The notes under the pieces are model-generated. The model worked only from the letters and a program-made list of their open reading frames with translations. It ran no database searches and was not told the DNA's origin. DNA of 64,000 nt from Candidatus Thorarchaeota archaeon (lineage in GTDB: Archaea > Asgardarchaeota > Thorarchaeia > Thorarchaeales > Thorarchaeaceae): assembly GCA_029855935.1 (NCBI GenBank), contig JAGSHN010000031.1, positions 64,001 to 128,000 of the forward strand. The letters run 5' to 3'. Positions 45,429-55,520 of the stretch are shown here, piece by piece. The position numbers were made by a program, and so were the translations under genes. Every line of letters starts with the position of its first letter. The stretch's first letter is position 1.

Positions 45429-46391
45429 ATGGCAATCGACTTCGGTCCGGATGATGCCCGTGGATGGGTGGCACCTGAGGAAGAGGCTCTGATACAGCAG
45501 ATGAAGGTCGGTGCCTTGGAGATGGTGCAGCGAACCTTCACGGTCTGGTTCAGACGGGTGCTCGACTATATCCTGGCCTGCGGCATAATCATAGCCGCCT
45601 TGCACCTGACAGCTGGTGTCGTCGTTGTCAGCATTTTTGGTATGACTATGGAGGCACAGCAGGCCATATCAGTCGTCTCTCTCGATCCCTCATCGGTGGT
45701 GGTGAGTCTCTACGCACTGATCATTGAACAGAGCCCGTTGGTGCCCTATGCGATTGTCCTCGGAGTGACAGCAATCATCATCGGCGCGCTGGCCTCCGGA
45801 GCCGCCGTGCGACTGGTCCTGTGGGACTATGGCAATCCAGGTCAGGGAACCGTCCAGGAGAGCGTGTCCTGGTCGGCATCGAACCTGCCACGAGTGGCTG
45901 GCACCATGGTCGCTGTCGGAGTGATCACTGGTGGACTCAATGCGCCTCTTCGTACTCTGATCTCACAGATTCAGGGCCTGAGCGAAGTTCAGATGATGCA
46001 GTTCCTCATCGACAACAGTCGACTGTTCCTGCTCGCCTTTGTACTTGTGATTGTGGGGATATACATCTCGATCCGTATGTTGCCGGTGGTCGCTGCATTG
46101 ATATACGAGGACACGGGAATTGCAGATGCACTCAAGCGAAGTTACGAGCTGACATCCGGCGCCTTCTGGCACACTGTGGGATCATACCTCGCACTGGCTA
46201 TAGCAGTGGGGATTGTGAACTACTTTCTGAGTCTGATTGTGGGGTCACTGTTGTACGCTGTGTATATGGGATCCGTCATCACATATGCCATCGTCACTAT
46301 GCTGACGGGACCAGTCTACTACGTGTACGTCGGTATTCTCTACCGAGACCTCAGGGCACGAGAGGAGATCCGACAACAGCAGTTCTGGTAG
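45429..46391 (+). CDS. Integral membrane protein (GPDPase-membrane-domain-like)
   Basis: About 6-7 TM helices; E..GI.DALKRSYELT.G.FW and LYRDL motifs. Confidence 0.75.
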   Translation: MAIDFGPDDARGWVAPEEEALIQQMKVGALEMVQRTFTVWFRRVLDYILACGIIIAALHLTAGVVVVSIFGMTMEAQQAISVVSLDPSSVVVSLYALIIEQSPLVPYAIVLGVTAIIIGALASGAAVRLVLWDYGNPGQGTVQESVSWSASNLPRVAGTMVAVGVITGGLNAPLRTLISQIQGLSEVQMMQFLIDNSRLFLLAFVLVIVGIYISIRMLPVVAALIYEDTGIADALKRSYELTSGAFWHTVGSYLALAIAVGIVNYFLSLIVGSLLYAVYMGSVITYAIVTMLTGPVYYVYVGILYRDLRAREEIRQQQFW

Positions 46392-46463
46392 AGCACCACC
46401 GGTATCGTACTACGCAACAGGTCCTCACGTCTGGCCCCGTATCGTGAGGGCCTGTCCTATTTG

Positions 46464-46982
46464 TCACTGTTGGGATTCTCTCTCCTCTGGTTCATCGGTG
46501 AGAATGCGCTCATACATCTGCACAAGCATCCCCTCATCCTGCTCATAGGGCTCTCCCCACGGGCGAAAGCCGAACTTCTTCATAAGCCGCTCTCCAATCT
46601 TGTGGCCAACGAGGATGTTGCAGTAGTTTCTCTTTAGACCGTGAGCACGCGCATACTCAGCAAACTGGATGTACATCGCTGATGCCAAGCCCGAGGCACG
46701 ACACTCTGGGCTCACTGTCTGGTGCTCGCCATATAGGCCCTTGTCGGTGATCTTGGCCTTGTAGACACCAACTATCCTCCCATTCAGTCTGGCGCCAAAG
46801 TAGTGGTATCCGGCACGCATCTCGTCGATGATCTGTTGGGGGGAGTACATCCGCTTGCGTCTCCACGACTCAGGATAGTCGGTCTCGAGAGGCCAGACTT
46901 GGTGGAACAGCTGCGATATCTCTTCCGCGTCCTCCTCGGTGAACTCGACTATGCGTATGTCCTCAGCAGGAATGTGCGCCAT
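46464..46982 (-). CDS. GNAT family N-acetyltransferase
   Basis: GRIVG, VSPECRASGLASA (motif A), KKFGF. Confidence 0.88.
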   Translation of the reverse strand: MAHIPAEDIRIVEFTEEDAEEISQLFHQVWPLETDYPESWRRKRMYSPQQIIDEMRAGYHYFGARLNGRIVGVYKAKITDKGLYGEHQTVSPECRASGLASAMYIQFAEYARAHGLKRNYCNILVGHKIGERLMKKFGFRPWGEPYEQDEGMLVQMYERILTDEPEERESQQ

Positions 46983-47077
46983 ACGACAGGTCCTCTTCGG
47001 TCTGCTCGTCCAACCGCTATGTTTCCGACCATAGATAAACACTCAGTTGGTGCCCTAGGCACAGGAACGAGCCGTGC

Positions 47078-48190
47078 CTACTGCGAGGCAGCCCAGTCGA
47101 ATGCCTCCTGTATTGGGGTGCAGCCCCCGCACTTGTGACAGCCTGCTCTTGTGCGGTCGGGATTCAGTCCCTCGTCACGGAGGATCTCACCGACACGCTT
47201 GTAGAAGTGGATCGTCTCGCTCATGTCACTCAGATACGACGGTGTGCTGTCAGCCAGCTGACTGCCTGAGGCTGGTCTGAATGGCGTCACGACGGGGAGA
47301 ACACCAGCCTCAGCAATCTGACGAATTCCTTCGAGCGTCAAACTGGAGTCCTCTCCCAGGCCGTGCAGAATGAAGGTGCTGGCATTACCCCTGCCAAAGA
47401 CAGACACCGCACGCTCCCACGCGCGCCTGTAGAGATCAATGGGGCCGTAGCCGTACTTACCAGGACAGATCAGCCTCCGTATGCGCTCATCAGTCGTCTC
47501 CAGATGAATACCTGCCGCGTCTGCACCCGCTGCAGCCAGCTCGTCAATGAGATTCAGGTCCTGAGGAGGCTCGAACTGGACACCGATAGGGAGATCCGAG
47601 ACCCTCCGGATAGCGGTCACGAGCCGGATGAGACGTCCAATCCCAACATCCTCCGAGTCAGGCGTTCCAGTTGTTATGAGGATGTTGCGGATGACGCCCT
47701 CTGCCTCAGCGGCCTGAACCACCTCCGCAAGCTGCTCGGGAGTCTTCTCAAGAATGGTATCGCCCGCATTCAATGAAGTGGGTATCGTACAGAACTTGCA
47801 CTGTGCGCCACGAGTCCAGTAGCGACACTGCTGATACGCTGTTGTGGCCAGCGTCTCGGAACCGTGCAGCAGGGCGATCTTGAAGTAGGGAACACCATCT
47901 GCTGTCTTCAGGTCGTAGAACTTTGGGCGCGGCACTGCTCGGAGGCGATATCTCCCATCATAGACCCAGACCATCGGATCATCTGTGGGAGTCAGTGGCG
48001 CCGAGTTGAATCTTGTCGCCGCGTCACCGCGGCGCAGTGGCACACCAACGGGCCGCCCGTTGGGCAATACAAAGTATCGTGCCCCTACTGGGCCAGCACC
48101 GCCTCTTCTTGCGCCTGACACATCCTCAGGAACAGCAGCACCCTGGGTCAGAAGCCTGACCTTCAGAGTGAGCAACTCTTCAGCGTTCAT
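47078..48190 (-). CDS. Radical SAM protein, MSMEG_0568-like
   Basis: RRGGAGP, TADGVPY.KIALLHG...LATT, CX8CX2C (CRYWTRGAQCKFC), C-terminal AGC.KCG.C. Confidence 0.8.
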   Translation of the reverse strand: MNAEELLTLKVRLLTQGAAVPEDVSGARRGGAGPVGARYFVLPNGRPVGVPLRRGDAATRFNSAPLTPTDDPMVWVYDGRYRLRAVPRPKFYDLKTADGVPYFKIALLHGSETLATTAYQQCRYWTRGAQCKFCTIPTSLNAGDTILEKTPEQLAEVVQAAEAEGVIRNILITTGTPDSEDVGIGRLIRLVTAIRRVSDLPIGVQFEPPQDLNLIDELAAAGADAAGIHLETTDERIRRLICPGKYGYGPIDLYRRAWERAVSVFGRGNASTFILHGLGEDSSLTLEGIRQIAEAGVLPVVTPFRPASGSQLADSTPSYLSDMSETIHFYKRVGEILRDEGLNPDRTRAGCHKCGGCTPIQEAFDWAASQ

Positions 48191-48247
48191 TGTCGATACT
48201 GGCGTATTCTCGCCTATTATGGACTACCGTTGTGGCCATTGCGTCAT

Positions 48248-49354
48248 TCATTTCCCGCCGATTGCGTCCGCGACCAGTTCGGGTAGGTCGATCACACGCA
48301 CCCTGCCACCACTCGCGTCCTCAAGCATGTCCTTGCAGAACGGACACGCCGTGACGAGAGTCTCGGCCCCGACATCGAGCGCCTGCTGTACTCTCGCCTC
48401 GCCAATAGTGCGTGCGCGATCCGGTCGCAGAGTGCGTAGGCCCGCCCCATTGCCGCAGCACATAGCATTGTCTCCGTGACGCTCCATCTCTCTGAGAGAC
48501 TCAGTGCTCACTCTCTCAATGACTGTGCGAGGCGCATCAAGAACGCCCATATGACGGGCCAGATGGCACGGGTCGTGATACGTGACGGCACCGAGATTCG
48601 AGGCCTGCGGTAGGTGCTCCGCATGCTCGGCGAGGACCTCACTGATGTGAAGGACTGGAACCTTGAGTTCAAGCCCTCGCTCGGAGTAGTCTGACTTGAG
48701 GACACGATAGCATCCCGGGCAGGACACGACTATGGCCTCAGCGTCCATCCCGTTGAGCACGGTAACATTATGTCTCGCCTGTTCAAGGGCAGTATCCTCT
48801 TGGCCCGTCCTGAAGAGGGGTGAGCCGCAACACCATTCGTCGGGGGTCACAACAACTGCATAGCCCAGCGCGCTGAGGACCGCCACTGTGGCCCGAGCAA
48901 TCTCCTGATGCCGATACGCCGAGGTGCAGCCCGTGAAATAGATGACCCTGCGCCCCTCCTGTGGGGACACGTGAAGCCAGTCAGTCCTTCTCTCGTGCGG
49001 CTCGCCGTAGGGATTGTGATGCGTCCTGACGAGGTCTGCAAGCCGGACAATCTCCGATGGCGCCCGTCCCTCCGCGACAATCCGTCTGCGTGTGACCTCA
49101 ACGATTGTTGCGATGTCTATGCCGGTCTTGCAGAGGGTGAGGCAGTTACTGCACTCAAGGCACTCATAGAGCACCTCGATACTTCGGGCATCAAGGGGAC
49201 GGTCCCCACAGGCCTCATAGTGGAGCAGGAGTGCTCTGCCGTGGGGAGTGGGAACGTCGGACCTCCAAGCGAGAAAAGTTGGGCACACATGCCTGCACAT
49301 CTTCGGACAGGCTGCGCACATCCGGACCTGCTCTGCCAACTCCTCTTGGTTCAA
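48248..49354 (-). CDS. Fe-S oxidoreductase with two CCG domains (GlpC/GlcF/HdrD-like)
   Basis: CAACPKMC...CP, CLEC.NC...C, WCCG, YHDPC, CCGNGAG, TACPFC; TTG start at 49354. Confidence 0.9.
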   Translation of the reverse strand: MNQEELAEQVRMCAACPKMCRHVCPTFLAWRSDVPTPHGRALLLHYEACGDRPLDARSIEVLYECLECSNCLTLCKTGIDIATIVEVTRRRIVAEGRAPSEIVRLADLVRTHHNPYGEPHERRTDWLHVSPQEGRRVIYFTGCTSAYRHQEIARATVAVLSALGYAVVVTPDEWCCGSPLFRTGQEDTALEQARHNVTVLNGMDAEAIVVSCPGCYRVLKSDYSERGLELKVPVLHISEVLAEHAEHLPQASNLGAVTYHDPCHLARHMGVLDAPRTVIERVSTESLREMERHGDNAMCCGNGAGLRTLRPDRARTIGEARVQQALDVGAETLVTACPFCKDMLEDASGGRVRVIDLPELVADAIGGK

Positions 49355-49356
49355 TG

Positions 49357-50781
49357 TCAGTCCCCCTTGAGACCAAGCTTGTCTGGATTGAGAATGCCGT
49401 TCGGATCCAGCACGGCCTTTATCCTTCTCAGGACATCGAAGGATGTTCCCAGCTCTGGCTCCGTGTACGTGCTTCTCCATAGACCCACTCCGTGCTGGTG
49501 ACTCATCGTCCCGCCCTCACGAAGACAGGCCTCGACGCCATCGTCCCATATCTGTTTGTATCTCTCCCAGGCAGACTCGGCGTCCGGCATCGAGACAAAG
49601 AAGATCATGTAGATACTACCTCCGTTCTGATACATGTGTGAGAAGTGGGCGAGCACAATGGCGTCGTGTGACTCCATGACCTCCTTCATCGCCCAGTACA
49701 CTCTCTCCAGCCTGTCGTATGTGGCAACAACGTCTATGGTGTCACCGATGGAGTATCCCCCGGTGGTCAATGGTGTCGGATAGTACATGTCGTATCGATG
49801 TTCCCACCAGTGACGGGAGGGACCCTCTCCAACATCTCGCCCTCCGGCCTCCTTGCATACACGACTCGCGACCTTGTCATCGAGGTCCACCTGCTCTCTG
49901 GAGCCATCAAAGGCGAGCAGAAGAAGACATTCCCCATCACCGACGTCGAACTTGCCGGTGAATGTGAATGCAGTGTCCTCCGGGTCATAGAGCCGGACGA
50001 TTGATGGTGTCACTCCCTTGCGGAAGATGAGCCGTATCGCCTCAAGCCCCGAATGGATATCATCGAAGGCGAACGTCCTGAACCTCCGTTCCTCAGGGAG
50101 GGGAAATAGTCTGAGTGTGGCCTCTGTGATGACACAGAGCGTGCCCTCCGAACCGATAAAGAGCTGTCTCAGGTCCGGCCCGACAGAGTGACGTGGAACG
50201 GCCTTGCAGTCCACGATCGTACCATCGGCAAGCACAACTCTTAGTCCCAAGGTGAGATCCTCAATCTTCCCGTACAACGAGGACATCGAACCGCCTGAAC
50301 GTGTGGCAAGGAAACCGCCCACAGTGGAGGCCCTCATAGAGGATGGAGTGTGGCCTGTCGTGTATCCCAGACGATTGACAGCACCCTCCAAGTCAATTCC
50401 GACCACACCAGCCTCCACGGTTACGGTCATAGAGCTGTGATCAATGGAGAGAATCCTGTCCATGCGCTTGAGGTCGAGCTGAATACCCCCGCGAGTGGGT
50501 AGTGTGCCACCGCAGACACCAGCTCCGCCGCCGACTGGGACCACAGGAATCCGAAGCCTGTTGGCGACCTTGAGGACCTCCGCGACCTCCTCTGTCGAAC
50601 CCGGGTACACGACCATATCCGCCAGTGGCAACCTCTCGCAGGCGCGAATCTTTGCCTCGCTTAGCGGCCAGGCATCGTGGGCATTGAGGAGGCGGTCCGT
50701 CTCGGTGAGCCATATGTTCTTCGCGCCCACTATCTCAGAGATGAGTTGTGCAACGTGCTGTCTCATCTTCTCATCAAGCAT
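49357..50781 (-). CDS. FAD-linked oxidoreductase, alkyl-dihydroxyacetonephosphate synthase (AGPS)-like
   Basis: TTGHTPSS..STVGGFLATRSGG..S..YGKIED, GPDL..LFIGSEG, HFSHMY..G.SIY, SHQHGVG, DP.GILNP. Confidence 0.8.
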   Translation of the reverse strand: MLDEKMRQHVAQLISEIVGAKNIWLTETDRLLNAHDAWPLSEAKIRACERLPLADMVVYPGSTEEVAEVLKVANRLRIPVVPVGGGAGVCGGTLPTRGGIQLDLKRMDRILSIDHSSMTVTVEAGVVGIDLEGAVNRLGYTTGHTPSSMRASTVGGFLATRSGGSMSSLYGKIEDLTLGLRVVLADGTIVDCKAVPRHSVGPDLRQLFIGSEGTLCVITEATLRLFPLPEERRFRTFAFDDIHSGLEAIRLIFRKGVTPSIVRLYDPEDTAFTFTGKFDVGDGECLLLLAFDGSREQVDLDDKVASRVCKEAGGRDVGEGPSRHWWEHRYDMYYPTPLTTGGYSIGDTIDVVATYDRLERVYWAMKEVMESHDAIVLAHFSHMYQNGGSIYMIFFVSMPDAESAWERYKQIWDDGVEACLREGGTMSHQHGVGLWRSTYTEPELGTSFDVLRRIKAVLDPNGILNPDKLGLKGD

Positions 50782-50790
50782 GCCCAGACA

Positions 50791-52026
50791 TCACTCCCCA
50801 GAGAGGTATTGAGCAACCAAGACTGTGAGGTCCTCCACATCCATATCCACGCCTGCCCTGAAGGCCGCGTTCTCAAGCTGCGCGACACAGAGGGGACACG
50901 GAGCGACTGCCCGATCGACCCCGAGTGCCCCTATGGCCTCAACATTGACCCGAGTGACAGCATCAGAGGTCTTCGTATCGTGGTGATTGACGAGGCCGCC
51001 ACCGCCACAGCACGAGTCCTCCACTCCAGAGTGTTTGACTGTCACAGGAGCAATCAAGTCCAAGAGCCACTCCATATCGTCACCAATGTTGCGGGAAACA
51101 TGTCGTATCAGATGACACGGTTGATGCACCGCCACCGCCTCCGGTGGGCCAGTGGCCGCTCTCAGAGTATCTCTCACACGTTCCTCGCCAATCACCTCTC
51201 GGAGATACTCCACTATGTGCAGTACCTTAGCGCTCCAATGGTGTGATACCGCAATCTCACTCAATCGGGATGTGCAGCCTGCACAGGTCGTGACCACATA
51301 TTCGACACCGAGTGACCGTACCTGCTCCGTCAGACGTCCCGCCAGCTCCTCTGCCTGTTCGTCATCGCCGAGAAGCTCCAGTGGAAGACCACAGCAACGC
51401 ATCTCCTCAAGGAGCGTGTAGTCGACGCGGAAGTGCTCCAGTATCACCTTGGCTGCCTCACGTATCTCCTGAGCGCGCTCCTCCGCCTGACAGCCCGGAT
51501 AGTACAGGACCTCAGCATGGTCGGTGATGCGGTCTTCAAACAGCGGTAGGCCAAGACGCTCGAGCCGCATATCACGGCTGTCAGCCTTGTCCTCAGGGTC
51601 CTCCCAAGGCTCGAAGGCCAGTCCGTACTCTCGAACCCTCTCCTGCAGCTGATGCAGAGGGAGTGGTACGAGGTCTGGCATGGTGCGGAGAATCCTCTTT
51701 CGAATCATATTCACGACCGATGGGATGTCGACGTCATTGGGACAGACCTCCCTGCACGTCCCACAGCCCGTACAGAGGTATATCACATCGGCGTCGGTCC
51801 AGAACTCGGGGGGCGAACGGCTAAGACGGACCGCGATGCCCCGAGGACCGGGGAATCGCATTACGCCCACTGCGGGGATCAGGGGACAGTGGTTCAGACA
51901 GACCCCGCAGTTTATGCACTGCTCAACAGACTTTACGATAGGAAGCTCAGCCTCACTATAAGGCACTATTCGCTCCCGTGACAGAGTCCCGAGAACGAAC
52001 TGATAGGCCTCCTCCTCGTCGCTCAT
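50791..52026 (-). CDS. glpC: Anaerobic glycerol-3-phosphate dehydrogenase subunit C-like Fe-S protein
   Basis: CINCGVC...CP, FPGPR, CTGCGTC...CP and two CCG domains; follows glpB. Confidence 0.85.
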   Translation of the reverse strand: MSDEEEAYQFVLGTLSRERIVPYSEAELPIVKSVEQCINCGVCLNHCPLIPAVGVMRFPGPRGIAVRLSRSPPEFWTDADVIYLCTGCGTCREVCPNDVDIPSVVNMIRKRILRTMPDLVPLPLHQLQERVREYGLAFEPWEDPEDKADSRDMRLERLGLPLFEDRITDHAEVLYYPGCQAEERAQEIREAAKVILEHFRVDYTLLEEMRCCGLPLELLGDDEQAEELAGRLTEQVRSLGVEYVVTTCAGCTSRLSEIAVSHHWSAKVLHIVEYLREVIGEERVRDTLRAATGPPEAVAVHQPCHLIRHVSRNIGDDMEWLLDLIAPVTVKHSGVEDSCCGGGGLVNHHDTKTSDAVTRVNVEAIGALGVDRAVAPCPLCVAQLENAAFRAGVDMDVEDLTVLVAQYLSGE

Positions 52027-53396
52027 TACATCACCTCCTTGGTCTCTCGTGCGGCGTATGTCCCTGCGGTGTGTCCAGTCACCAGAGCCACTCCGAGGCC
52101 GCTTTTCTCAGTTTGATAGTTGTACCCTGCAAGTATGGCACCTGCACAGAAGAGATTCTCGTAGACGACATCACCATCAACACCAACGGGGCGTAGCATC
52201 GTATCCGTTCCGACACCACAGGCAAAGACACGATGGCCAGTAGGTGTCACACTACGCACTGAGGTGAGGTGGGAGGGACGCTCGTCGCCGACAAGATAGC
52301 GTTGCGCGTCAAAGACTGGAAGTCCGAACAGAAACTCTCGTAGACCTGTCTCATCACCGACTATGCCACCACCAACAAACTTGCCCGTGGCCAGCACAAA
52401 GGCGGACGCCGACACTGTGACACTACGACGACGGGAACGAGCAGTCACCTCTGTGATTCGTCCGTCAGTCACTCGGTGGTCCTGAACCGTGTGGCCCTTG
52501 AGTAGTCGTCCGCCCATAGAGACAACCATCCGCTCAAGGGCAGCCTGGAGCCTGCTTCCCGGTACAGAGGGAGGTACGCCCAGCGTCTCAATCACCCTGC
52601 AACCCAGGGCCGTCTCAAGCGACTCTCTGGCCTCGTGGGAATCGACGACCCCCATCACGGGTGGTAGCACCACGTGAGTGGCACCCGTGTTGTTGACTAT
52701 CGGAACCAGTGCATCCGTAAGCTCGGTCCGACCCGCGTCCGTGTCGAGGTGATGTGCGATCTCGATGGACGACAGGGCTTGACGCTGGGAGAGAGAGCGA
52801 AGTTCGACCACCGTGCCGACCACACGGTGAGGGCCCTCACCTGTCGATTGACACCACTCAGAGTAGGCAGACGAGGCGGCTCGCGGATTGAGGTCGGGAA
52901 GACCCCGCAGTCCCACAAAGAGAACAGTGGCATCGGCGTCCGTGGACATCGATCCCGTCACCATCGAGCTCTGTAGGAGTGTGGTAGGTTTGACCGTCCC
53001 GAGAACGGACACCGGCCACTGAGTCTCGGACACCGACCCTGAGATTTCAAGCCCTGCAGAGGAGATGCGATCACGGAACCAGTCGATAGCGTCTGATACT
53101 TGCGCGACGCTGGCATCTGCGCTTCTGCCCGCATCCGTTGTACCGAGTCCAATCAGAGTGTAGGGATGCCACGGGTGAAACATGGCCAACGTGTGAACCC
53201 CGTCAGCGGGTATCTCGACAGGGAGCACAGCGCCAGGGAGATAGCCCAGAATATCAATGGCACCTGATGATGACGCTGTCGCGCCGTGTCCACGTGTCAC
53301 AACAGTCACTGACAGGCCCGCGTCTAGTGCCACGGCCGCAGCGACCAGCCCAGCCATTCCGCCTCCTATGACAACGACGTCGCTCTCCACCTGCAA
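52026..53396 (-). CDS. glpB: Anaerobic glycerol-3-phosphate dehydrogenase subunit B
   Basis: IGGGMAG, SSGAID.LG, HPY, PPSVPG.RL, LATGKF.GGG, GLGVA. Confidence 0.9.
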   Translation of the reverse strand: MQVESDVVVIGGGMAGLVAAAVALDAGLSVTVVTRGHGATASSSGAIDILGYLPGAVLPVEIPADGVHTLAMFHPWHPYTLIGLGTTDAGRSADASVAQVSDAIDWFRDRISSAGLEISGSVSETQWPVSVLGTVKPTTLLQSSMVTGSMSTDADATVLFVGLRGLPDLNPRAASSAYSEWCQSTGEGPHRVVGTVVELRSLSQRQALSSIEIAHHLDTDAGRTELTDALVPIVNNTGATHVVLPPVMGVVDSHEARESLETALGCRVIETLGVPPSVPGSRLQAALERMVVSMGGRLLKGHTVQDHRVTDGRITEVTARSRRRSVTVSASAFVLATGKFVGGGIVGDETGLREFLFGLPVFDAQRYLVGDERPSHLTSVRSVTPTGHRVFACGVGTDTMLRPVGVDGDVVYENLFCAGAILAGYNYQTEKSGLGVALVTGHTAGTYAARETKEVM

Positions 53397-53399
53397 CTA

Positions 53400-55052
53400 C
53401 TACTCCACCTCCTCCCATGGCTGACTCTCCAAGGATGGGCCCATCCTGTCCAGATTCAGGACGCAAGAATAGGTCCCCTGTACGATCTCCTCCTGGGAGA
53501 GCTGGTCACCCCTGAACGACGGCCGCTTGCCCTTCCAACGTTCGCTCAGGTATCGGAGCAGCTCCGTCTGTGCCTCTCTCCCGCTGAGGTCCAGCTCCTC
53601 TGCAAGAATCGGTGCGGCCCTGAGAGCACAGTACGTGCTCTGGCAGGGGCCAGTGCCGAGGCGAGTCCGACGACGGAGGTCGTTCAGGGTCTGTGGAAAC
53701 TCCTCGCGGAGAGAGTAGCGCAGCTCGGCCTCGATGACTGGTTCGCAGGCGCAGATCGTCGACCTCCAAGAGGGGTTCTCACTGAGAAGCTCGAGCACAC
53801 GTACAGTGAGAGTACCGCGTCGGGCGACCATTCTCTGAACGGTCTGTGCAGGCACGCCGTATTGCCGTGAGAGGACGAGAACATCAACATCGTCCTCCAT
53901 GCCAGGCAACGGTCGCTCATGCGTCAAACACTCACTGTCAACACCAAGACGCTGGCAAATAAGGTCGGTGACCGTCTGTGCCATACGACGGCACATTACA
54001 AGCTTGCCGCCCACAAAGCTGTAGAGGCCCACAACACCATCTTTCTCGTGATCGATGACCTCATAGCCCCGGGTCACATCGTCCTCGGGGACCTTCCACT
54101 GTGCCACAAGCGGCCTGACACCCTCCATCGTCCTGATGATTCTGGCCTCTCTCACTGACGGAACGACCCAGCTCATACTGGTGAGGAGGTACTCTATCTC
54201 GTCGTGCGACGCCGTCAGGTTGTCCGGATCCTCCCAAGTGTCGAGAGCCGTCGTCCCCAACAGGACCGTGTTCTCGTGTGGAAAGAGATAGATCATGCGT
54301 CCGTCAACCGCCTTTGCAATCACTCCTACGTTGACAACTCTTCTGTCCAGTATCACGTGTGCGCCCTTGTTCAGCCTGAGCTGCAGGGGGACTCCAGCAA
54401 TCTCCGCTATGCGCGTCGCCCACGGCCCTGTGGCATTTACGACAATTCGTGCACTGGCACGTTCGATAGAGCCGGACAGACGATCGAAGAACTCGACACC
54501 TGTGACCTCACCCTGCCCGACAATGATGTTGGTCACTTCGCAGTAGGTCCTGATGTCAGCCCCGTGGTTCCGTGCATCAAGAGCCTGAAGGAGGCACAGC
54601 CTGAATGGGTCGATGAAGTATTCCTCGAAGTAGAGAGATGCAATGATATCGGGGCTCAGCCGAGGCTCAATCTTCAGTGCGTCCTCAGGGGTGAGAAACA
54701 TCACAGGCGGGACCTCGCGCTCAGCCGCCCTCTTTGAGTACTCCTCGGCAAAGTTCCCCCCGCTTGACAGGTCGCTCATCTCGATGAGAGGCGTGAGAAT
54801 CGGGTTCTTCATCACTATGTGCCTTGCAATGTGCCTCAGATGCACGACCTCGGAGGAACACATATCGACGATGTGCGGCTCGCGCATGTACTTGAGCCCG
54901 GAGGAGATCATCCCGGCGCACGTGCCGACGGTCCCAGAGGCAATGTCGTCACGTTCAAGGAGCAACGTCTTCAGCCCGCGCAGGGCGCAGTCTCGGGCAA
55001 CAGCTGTCCCCGTACTGCCTCCTCCAATCACTATCACATCATACTCATTCAT
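53400..55052 (-). CDS. glpA: Anaerobic glycerol-3-phosphate dehydrogenase subunit A
   Basis: IGGG.TG..ARD.ALRG, NATGPW, GVRPL, GGKL, C.CE...RRRTRLG.GPCQ..C (BFD-like domain). Confidence 0.9.
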   Translation of the reverse strand: MNEYDVIVIGGGSTGTAVARDCALRGLKTLLLERDDIASGTVGTCAGMISSGLKYMREPHIVDMCSSEVVHLRHIARHIVMKNPILTPLIEMSDLSSGGNFAEEYSKRAAEREVPPVMFLTPEDALKIEPRLSPDIIASLYFEEYFIDPFRLCLLQALDARNHGADIRTYCEVTNIIVGQGEVTGVEFFDRLSGSIERASARIVVNATGPWATRIAEIAGVPLQLRLNKGAHVILDRRVVNVGVIAKAVDGRMIYLFPHENTVLLGTTALDTWEDPDNLTASHDEIEYLLTSMSWVVPSVREARIIRTMEGVRPLVAQWKVPEDDVTRGYEVIDHEKDGVVGLYSFVGGKLVMCRRMAQTVTDLICQRLGVDSECLTHERPLPGMEDDVDVLVLSRQYGVPAQTVQRMVARRGTLTVRVLELLSENPSWRSTICACEPVIEAELRYSLREEFPQTLNDLRRRTRLGTGPCQSTYCALRAAPILAEELDLSGREAQTELLRYLSERWKGKRPSFRGDQLSQEEIVQGTYSCVLNLDRMGPSLESQPWEEVE

Positions 55053-55219
55053 AGCAGGTCCTTCTTGGCCAACATTGTGCAGATGGTCTGCAGATTGAGA
55101 GATGGGGGAGAGTAGTAAGGATTTCGGCCAGAGTGGCACCGGAGAAGCGGTCTGGACGCACCTGTCACAGATAGATTAAAGTAACGAGTTTTCGGAGTCC
55201 GTATCAGACGCTCAGTTTC

Positions 55220-55474
55220 ATGGTGAGAATTGTGCCAACATACAACCTAGGATTGCTGACGATCACAAGACACGATGTGGAAAAGATAACCGATGCTCTG
55301 GGCATCCCGGAATACCGGTTCGAGGACATTGTGGATATCGCTCGACGCGGATGGCAACACGGTGACACCATCAGCGAGAGCATAGAGTTCATAGCTCAGC
55401 GGCTTGTTGGGTCTGAGCTCGTGCTCGCCATGATAATCCTCGGCCGTGTCTGGGAACAGAACAAGCGTGACTAG
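55220..55474 (+). CDS. Small hypothetical protein
   Basis: 84-aa helical ORF between glpA and the kinase; ATTAAA TATA-like element upstream. Confidence 0.55.
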   Translation: MVRIVPTYNLGLLTITRHDVEKITDALGIPEYRFEDIVDIARRGWQHGDTISESIEFIAQRLVGSELVLAMIILGRVWEQNKRD

Positions 55475-55520
55475 TCTTAGTGTCGAGGGGATTGCCGGGA
55501 GAGCGGCTGCCACCGCGTCC

